DNA from: Microbotryum violaceum
Lineage: Eukaryota
Length of the DNA: 64,000 nucleotides
Direction of reading: 5' to 3'
Assembly (NCBI GenBank): GCA_001244265.2
Contig: CDLV01000011.1
Coordinates: 1,550,001-1,614,000 of the forward strand
Shown: piece by piece, positions 52,701-61,021 of the stretch
Layout of the letters: every line of letters begins with the position of its first letter
How positions within the stretch are numbered: the stretch's first letter is position 1
Position numbers and translations under genes: made by a program
Notes under the pieces: model-generated
Seen by the model: only the letters and a program-made list of their open reading frames with translations
Told to the model about the DNA's origin: nothing
The model's database searches: none

Positions 52701-54221
52701 TCAATGTACAGGTTCCAGTGAGACGATTGGCTCCGACCATTGAAGGCGGTGAGGATGACATGATAGGCTGAACGGGAGCTGCATCCATGACAAACCCCCG
52801 ACCAGGAAGCGAGCGCAGAATCGACTTGCCGCGGATGCTGAAAATGAGATTGCTTTGGGGACCAACAGCGTACGTCATCGATTCCAACAGACGGTCGATG
52901 GAGATAAAACCGCATTGAGCATCGGGCATGTAGTAGACCCTCTTAATGGTGATACGAGCGCCATATGAGGTAAGAAACGTCACTGAGCCATGACCGGGAG
53001 ATTCGATTTGAGATTGATCGGCGACAGAAATTTTGAGAGGCTCAGACGTCACTGAGCCATGACCGGGAGATTCGATTTGAGATTGATCGGCGACAGAAAT
53101 TTTGAGAGGCTCAGAGACAACGTCCGATAGGACCGACTTGTCTCCAACGCAATGGACCTTAGCACCCGAGTCAATGATCCATGGAAAACGTGGCATCGTT
53201 CGCGAATAGGGGAAAGTGTAGGTCATCAATGCAGATTCATCTACACCAATGGCAGCTACGTTCGAATTTGAGTCCGAGGAAGCGGGAGCGCTCGCATCCT
53301 TGTTCCTGCTTGGACAGAGACGCCAACCACGCTCGTGTCCCAGTGCTTTGCAGCGCGAACAATACGACTTGGAGCAGTCCTTTTGCGCCGTGGTGGAAAT
53401 ACGGGCGACGAGGCTAGTATCGTCAACGATCCGAGCGGATAACGATTCCTTTTGTTTGTTTCGGGAATCAGCCATTTCGACGTTCATCAGGAGTTTCGGA
53501 TAGAACGTGTTCCAATCCATGTGGATGTCGATGTCGGAGGCAAGGTTCCCAACGATCGAGTCATACTGGGCTGGGAGCGACCGAACGAGCATGCCTGCAA
53601 ACAGCCAATGCGGAAGTGGAGCTCCGAGGTTCTGAAAATCGGTCATGGCGATCTTGACCTTGTTGACGAATTCCCTAAAAGGAATATCCCCAGAGTAAGG
53701 TTGCGCTAGAGTGTTGAGGAGGTCCATAGTGCGACTCGGGCGACCGTGAGAGTGGAGACCACGGAGGGTGTCCCACATCTCGTACGCCGAGGTAAGATGA
53801 ATCAAGTGAGACATCTGTTCCTCAGAGATCGAATTGGCGATGTACTTGCATGCCAAATCGTTGCGGCGGATGGCCCGTTCGCGATATTCCGCGACCTTGT
53901 CCGCAACTTGAACGCTGGTGAGCCTGGGCGAGGCGTCCGAGTGCGCAGAACCAGAGCCCCCCCCCCCCCCCCCCCAAGCCCGCTAAAGCCGGAGGAGGCT
54001 GGTTCAACTGGCGCGACGGACGCAGTTGCATGTGCGATAACGAGCGTGGACCGATAGTCCGCGACAAGGGAGTCGATGGGTTGATTGACGACATCCCATA
54101 CTTTGTCGGCTCGAAGATTGATAAACGCACGTTGTGACCAGCTCTTGTACCCTTGTGTGTCCTTGAGATACAAGCGATTGCCCGACCCGTTGGGGAAGTC
54201 GGATTCGCCCGTTGAGCTCAT
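49722..54221 (-). pseudogene. copia Gag-Pol polyprotein with about four frameshifts
   Basis: CCHC knuckle CSRCKALGHERGWRLC, WIIDSGA protease, HRKLGH..CFSC, RSDNGREF..NGQVER integrase, [33 protein letters not shown] RNase H. Confidence 0.93.
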
Positions 54222-54225
54222 AACC

Positions 54226-54415
54226 TGTTGCAACAAGGACTAAGAGGTACTCCACGACTCAGCTCCGAGATACACGAGTGAGATGATGAGAATAGCGTGG
54301 AGAAGGAACCCAGAAGGAAAAAAAGACGCAAAGACAAAGATAGGCGCGCGCGCAGAATAAAGTATTAACCAAGACTAATAGCAATGAGTTAGGCTCTCAG
54401 ACCCCACTTCTAACA
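54226..54415 (-). repeat. 5' LTR (190 bp)
   Basis: TGTT..AACA termini; immediately followed by the PBS on the minus strand. Confidence 0.95.
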
Positions 54416-54419
54416 TCAA

Positions 54420-55070
54420 GTGCCCCAGCCAAGCGGTTGCTCCCCCCCCAGGAGACGAATGAGAGAGAGAAGGAGAGAGAGAGAGAAAGAGAAAGGAGTA
54501 ATAAAACAATTTACTAAGCGACAGGAGGCCCACCCCGCCGTCACTTCCCAACTCGGTCGAGACAAAGACAAGAGAGCGACTGCGCAGCTACCCTGACCCG
54601 CGAAGTCCCAAGTCTATGCTCGGTCACAACAAGACGCGGTGGAGGCCCCTCAAAACCTCCACCTCAGCAGTCCCTGGCCCCTCAAAGCCGACTTTCTGCC
54701 TGTGTCTGCTGATCCCTCCTTTGACTCAGAACCCCGAAGCCAAAGAGCGCGAGTCACCGTCGAGTCAATCTCAAATCGCGAGCCGGTCCATGAGCAACGA
54801 AGGCAGACCTGTAATAGATGAAAGAAGAAAGCAAGATATTTAGTATACAGTGTTTTGTTGGAAGATGAAGCGTGATGGTGTGTGTGTGTGGGGTGTGGTG
54901 GGGGGAAATCGAAACCAGCCTCTACTGCCCTCGCCCGCCCCTTGCTCCTCCCGCCCTCAACTTCATCCTCTCCTCCAGTACCACCCTCCTCCTCTCCACG
55001 CTTTCCATCCTCGTCCCGTGCTTCTGCATCCTCCATCTCCCACTGCTGATCATCTCCAAAACCATCCCCG
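54420..55070 (-). mobile_element. Probable 3' remnant of a LINE (end of ORF2 plus pyrimidine-rich 3' UTR)
   Basis: GMVLEMISSGRWRMQKH..RAGG* parallels the ORF2 C-termini of the neighbouring LINEs; UTR composition is similar. Confidence 0.4.
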
Positions 55071-56020
55071 TTTTTTTTTGATTTTTTTTTTTTTTTTTTT
55101 GTATGAAACTCATCGCTAATTTGCAAGACGAGAAACCCCCCTACGGAACTAAAGGTGATGTTGCCCAGTATGCACGTTGATGACCACAACCGCCGCTCGA
55201 TGCGTTGTAACTAGCAGAACAGACCAACCCGATACATCCGAGTTCAAGTCCCCCCCACCCACGGTTGCTCCCTCCCAGAGACGAATGAAAGGAAGATTGA
55301 AGATAATACACGGGGAATCTGGAAACGATGGAAGAAATGTTGGTGGTGGTACATGTGTTGTACAGGTGAATCCGATCATAGTTGTACAGTTGAACCTTCT
55401 TCGATCTTTTGACTTCAGACCCCCCTGAGACTGCCATACTCCTTGAGGCCCGAAAAGGGGGTGATGTGGGGTCGTGCGGTCGCGAGGGGGGCAGACTTTG
55501 GTAACCGAAAAGGGGGTTGGACTCCGCGGTGGAGATCCAGCGCAGACGGGTACAAGGGGTATGTGATTGCTGCGGTCGCAGGGGGTTACATTCCCCCTTT
55601 TGGACCACGTGAATCATTCGGATTGAGCGGGATGTTTGTGCCATCGGAGGCCTGCTGAGAGTGTCAAGCGCCAGCGCAATGAAGGCGCGGGTTGGGCGCT
55701 TTTTCGAAGCCGGAAGGCGAGCGCGCAGTCGAGGGAGGCCGTGCTCGATCTGAAGTGCCGTGTAGTCGAGGTCGAGGATCGACACGACCCCCAGCGCGTC
55801 GCAGAGAATGGACCTAGCTGCTTGCCAAAACTGAGAAGAGTCAGGGCAATCATGCCAAAAGTGAGTAAAGTCATCCTCCACCCCGACGCTGGGATCTCCA
55901 TCGCCACGCCAGAGCGATGTCGAGCATGGACAAGGAGATGGCCGGACTGAAGGAGAGGTTGGAGCTCAGACTGGCACGATGAAGTAGACGGCGCTCCCTC
56001 CCTACCCAAACCAAAACAAA

Positions 56021-56065
<45 letters not shown>

Positions 56066-56660
56066 ACAAGTCCCCTTTCCCTCTTTCTCAATCTCTCCAC
56101 TGTCTCCCAAAAACGCCAGCATACTGAACGTGTTTTCTCTCGCTCTTTTTGCCATTCCTCATCATAGGCTTCCGTACTCCCCAGGAGCCTCGGGTTCTTT
56201 GCGCCGGCGAGCATCGTCGCCCTTGGTTCGAGCTTCTGCCACATCACGATGACACACAGCGAAAGCGGATCCCCTCGGCCCTCTCCTGGACTACGCCGTG
56301 AGTTTTCCACTCCTCTCAAGGGCCGGGTCTGTTTTCTCTTTCGGTCGAGCGACTCCGTGATCTCCTGTTCAAGGCCGGCACAAACTGCCTGCGTGGCTCG
56401 CCTCTCCTTGCTTTGCTGCTCGCTCGGAGTCGCGGCCGCGCGGCGGGTGACTCGGGTACCGAACCGCCATACACATCCACACTCGAGCGAGGTCCCACCC
56501 AATGACATCACCGTCGTGGGCCTCATGCTCCTTCTTTCCCCAGTATCTGCGGTGATTGGGAACCACCTGCACGTACAAGGGGACTCGAGTGTGCGTTCCG
56601 AGATTGGGAGTACGCCGCAGGGAAGCGAGGCCCCTGCGGAAGGTATACCCCGCCTCTTGG
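55071..56660 (-). mobile_element. 5'-truncated, internally rearranged copy of LINE family A
   Basis: Poly(A) tail 55071-55100; segments match 61031-62738, two of them inverted. Confidence 0.9.
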
Positions 56661-59600
56661 TTTTTTTTTTTTTTTTTTTTTTTTTTTTGACTGGAACTCA
56701 TAAATTGCAATCCTTCGGGTTGGCTGGGACCGCTACAAAAAGAGCTAAAGGAGGTTATAAAGCAACGACGGCAAGCAGTTGGGTGAAAGTCAAACCCCTG
56801 CGCGCAAACAGCGCTGCGCAGATCAAAGCCCGCCGAGCACCTAACGCGGACTCCAACAGGCGGTGAGTACTGCTGCCGCTTCACGTCCCAAGAGCGGGAG
56901 CAAAGATACTCGAAAACCAGGCAAGAGCGCCTAGAGAAAGAAGGGGGAGAGTATACAGAAAGTCACGACTGGGGATACGGAGAACCAGGAATACTAAGAC
57001 AGAGAGGAGGGGAACACACCCGAGGGGCCAAGGTAGGGGTCGAAGCCGGAGGTAGAGGTCCCCAGGGACTAACAGGCCGCAGCCAAGCCCCAGCTACTCG
57101 TCACCCCGACAGCGCCTGATGTCCTCCCTTGGCTGAATCTCGAGTGCTGGCTGTTGAGCCGTCGGGGCCGAGAGAAAAGCGATCCAGTACAACGAAACGA
57201 GCCTCGCCTTGACGCGAGGATATTGACGAGCGACCTTCCTACCCGAGCCATACCGTAGATCTTGACCAACGCGAACGAACGAACCATTCAACGGAATCCA
57301 ACACACGGCTTAGGAGTAAAAGGAGAAGTGGCTGAAGCGTAGTCAACAACCGAGCAACAGGAACGAGAAGAGGAAGGGAAGGGAAAAAAGGGGGGAAAGG
57401 AGAGGGAAAAACTTCACAAAGCCTCCAACGCAAAGACAATCGACCTGGCTTGCCGATCCATCCAAGAACAAAAAACCGCTACTGCGCAAAGTAGAGAGAG
57501 AGAGGGAGAGGTGCGCAGCCTTCCACTGCGCAACAAGTTCCAAGACAGTCAGCTTCTAAAAGAGGAGTCGACCTCCGAAAAAGAAGGGAGGAAAGGAGGG
57601 GAGGAAAATGGGAAGGAAGGACTTAACTCGGTCACCACACCTCCCAATCTCGAGCCCCAGGCACAAAACCCGCTCGAGAGAGAAAATCTCGCTCAAACGC
57701 TCTGAGTGCACTGGGGAGCGAGGGAGGGGCCACGACCTTGTCCAGCTCGAACCGCTGATGAACGCGCCAGCGGAGCAGGTGCAGCCGCTGGAAGCCGATC
57801 GCGCAAGCCAGCCGAACCCACATCCATTTCGAGGTCGTTCTCCCACGACCCCGCAAAAGGGGGAGCCCCATAGTCAGCTGCTCCGGAGTGAACGTCGACG
57901 GATCGACGTCGGTATCCTCGATGCCCAGCTTGTCGAACAGAATGCGAAGCACCCCACCCCAGAAGCTGGTCGAGTACGCGCACTCGAAGAAGTAGTGCGA
58001 CACCGTCTCGATGACCGCTGCATCGTTGCCGCAGAACAGACACGTCGGCGAAGAGGCATGACCCTGAGTATGCTGCCTCTTGCGCGTCGGCGTCACGTCG
58101 TACATGAGCCGCCAGTGGGTGTCCTGCTCCACAGCAGACGCGAACCGGTCATGAAGCCATCTCCAGAAGCGCTTCCTATCGCTCTGAGAAGTCCCATCAC
58201 GGAAACGCTTGACACGATCCTCCCTCCCTGGGAACCGAACCACGTTCACAAGCCGACGAAGCTTGCGAATAGTGAACGGTCGGGTGAGCCCAAAGAAGTT
58301 GAAGCACCGAGGACGGGGAGCCTCCTTGAGAGGTATCCGAGCAGGTCGCAACGCGGTCTTGGGCAGCAAGGCTTTCGCCTTGAGCAACTGACCCACGCGC
58401 GACCACACGTGCTCGTGCTGTAGGGCGGGTTCCTTAGAGTGCTGCCAGAACCCGCGTCGATGACCAACCAGAGCCCAGCCCTTTCCTTCGTCCCTCCAGT
58501 ACAGGTCCGCGATCTGCGCAAACTTCTCCACTGCGTCCGCATCGTCATATGCGTGCTTGGCACCTTCAGCATAGAGTGAAGGGAGGCGAGGCGGAAGCGA
58601 GAGCAATTCGGGGAGCGTAAGGAGTTCGGACTTGATGGTTGGAACTGTGAGCCTGGCAGCTGCAACGACTGCCCCCAGCGCGTCGAGTCGCGATACAGCT
58701 TCTCGACCCGAGCCGTGCTGCTGAAGAACCCCCACGGACTGAAATCGCGGGTCGCAGCGACGAGGGACCTCCAGCTCTCGCGAGCTAGGGGCGCCCAGAT
58801 CGCCTCGTTCGAGCCCGCCACAGCATCCCAAAATCAAAGCGCCACCGAATGAACGATGTCGCCGATTGAAATCAAGCCCAAGCCACCGTCCTCCCGAGCC
58901 TGGAACACGAAATCGCGAGCGACGGTATTTCGCCCTGCTCCTCCCCAAACAAAATCCGTAAGTGCTGTCTCCGCCGCCTTAATGAACCATTGAGGCGGTA
59001 TGTCGAAGGACAGCACGTGGAGGACCGTCGAGATGATGTGAGCGTTGGCATAGAAGACCTTCCCACTCGGCGAAAGTGTCCGGTCTCCAGCGGCGCGGGT
59101 CTTGGCCTTGATCCTGTCAAGAACATGGGTCCAAAACAGTTTCGAGTCACCGTGGCGAAAGAAGGCATAGCCGCACCACTTGAAGCTCTCCCCCTCCTGC
59201 ACCGTTGGCAGCGCCTGCGCAGTCTCGTCCCGAAGCCAGTTCGGTCCGAGTGGTAGCACCAGCGTCTTGTCCGTGTTGGTCTTCCCGTTGGTTGCCTTGT
59301 ACCACGTCTGCGACAGCGTTTCCAGCTTCGACAATGCCGCCGGTGACTCCACTACCACCACAGCATCGTCGGCAAACGCCAGATGCGTAAGCTGCGCACG
59401 CGGCCCCCTGGCCACACCTGCAGGTCGAGCGCGATCCCGCGCCGAACGAGGGCGTCGAGGAAGGGCTGGAACGTGATGTTCCAAACCGGGCACGAGAGGG
59501 GATCCCCCTGACCGAGACCACACAGCAACCGCACCAACTCCGTGGGGAACCCATTGATGAGGTAGCGCACCCCCAGAGTCTCGGGATCGTACAGAGCGCG

Positions 59601-60953
59601 CAGCAGGGAAATGAAACGCTCACCAAAGCCAAAGGCCTCGAAGACGTCGAAGATCCATGCGTGATCGACCCGATCGTACGCGCTCTGCTGATCCAAGGAC
59701 AAGAGGGCGCCCTCGGGGAAAACTTCAGTGCCTAGCGACTTGAGTTTTTCGAGAAGGAGAGTGAGATGACTTCCCGCGTCTGCTGAACGTCTTGATGGCA
59801 TGAACCCGTGTTGCGCCGGCGGCAAAAGCTCGCCGAGCATCCCATTGAGTCGCGCCACCAAGACCTTGCTGAGGACCTTGTAGGTCGTCTCGCGCAGTGT
59901 GATCGGTCGATATGCCCCCAGTGATTTCAGATTGGCCCCCGGTTTGTTCTTGGGCAAAAGCCGCACCAGCCCCTCTGCCAAGGACGCCGTCATTTTACCC
60001 CCTCCCAAATCGAGTTGAACAGGTCCAACAGCTTGGGAGCGAAGTAGGTTGGCAGCGCCTTGAAGAGCTCGTACGGAATGCCCGAGGGCCCCGGTGATCG
60101 CCCCGAATCCGTCTTCTTCAACGCCGCTTCAACCTCGAGGAGGGTGAAGGGCTCGTCAAGCGCCACTCTCGCTTGACGAGGCAGCCGACGACCGAACGTA
60201 GGGTCCGAGCGGTCGTCATCGTAGCATTTCGCCGCGCGAATAGGGTCGAGCAGGGACCGACGTGGGTTCGTCGGGTCGCCACGAGCTGGGTCCGGCGTGA
60301 AGAGCGACTGTGCGTGCCGTGAAGCAATACCCAGCGCCTCCTGCATGTCAACGGTCTCGGTGCCATCCACATCCTCCAGCGAGACGATGCTCGTCTGGCG
60401 ACTCCGGCGGTTGAGACGCGTGCGAATGCTTGCCGATTGACCTTCCCTCGAGTCGACTGACGGCACATGCGCACGAATGCGCAGCCACTGAGCCTCCTTT
60501 ACCGCCAACTGATCCAACTGCGACTTGGCGAGAGCATACGCATCGCGCTCGGCCTCATTCATATGCTCACCGCGTGCCTCCAGCGCCTCCATGACGGATT
60601 GGTTCTCGGCCCGCAGTCGGCGCATGTCGGCACGAGTCGAGCGGTATCGTGCATGGCCAGCGACTGCAACCGCCCGCAGAGCGGCGTCATAGACGTCGCC
60701 GAGCGGAGCGGTCCCCTCGAGCCTTCGATAGACCTCGTCGACGACCCCGGGAATCGATGCGACAAAGTCTTGATCGTCAAAGACCGTTGGGTTGAGCCTC
60801 GAAATGAAATCGCTCGTAGAGGGAAGAGAAAGGGGGGTTCGGCATCAGCGTTCGACGTAGGCAATGCGAAAGTCGCAACTACAGGTCTGTGGTCCGAGCA
60901 GGGCGCATCGAAAAGTGTGGAAGCGCTCAACAACCGGTTTGCCCAACTGCGTA
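56661..60953 (-). mobile_element. L1-like LINE (family B), 5'-truncated within the APE endonuclease; ORF2 frameshifted
   Basis: Poly(A) 56661-56688; SDHRPV (APE end), YRPITL, QHGF, LDQQSAYDRVDH, GLGQGDPLS, AFADD (RT), CLFC..HYFFEC zinc finger, stop at 57632. Confidence 0.95.
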
Positions 60954-61021
60954 TTTTTTTTTTTTTGTAGAAAACGTTCATCATATTGCCCCCAGTTCCT
61001 GTTCCCCCTGTTTTGGCCTAC
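60954..61021 (-). mobile_element. Very short poly(A)-tailed 3' stub of another retroelement
   Basis: T13 followed by ~55 bp carrying the same terminal motif as families A and B. Confidence 0.5.

Larger units (their letters stand above)
49574..54415 (-). mobile_element. Near full-length Ty1/copia LTR retrotransposon
   Basis: 5' LTR 54226-54415 (TG..CA), PBS GGTTATGAGCTC, order gag-PR-IN-RT-RNaseH, PPT adjacent to the 3' LTR at 49574-49740. Confidence 0.97.

Noticed and set aside
56715-56735. HDV-like ribozyme in the LINE-B tail (GGUCCCAGCC on the minus strand)
   Set aside because: The P3 partner, L3 and nested pseudoknot cannot be formed; a short chance match.
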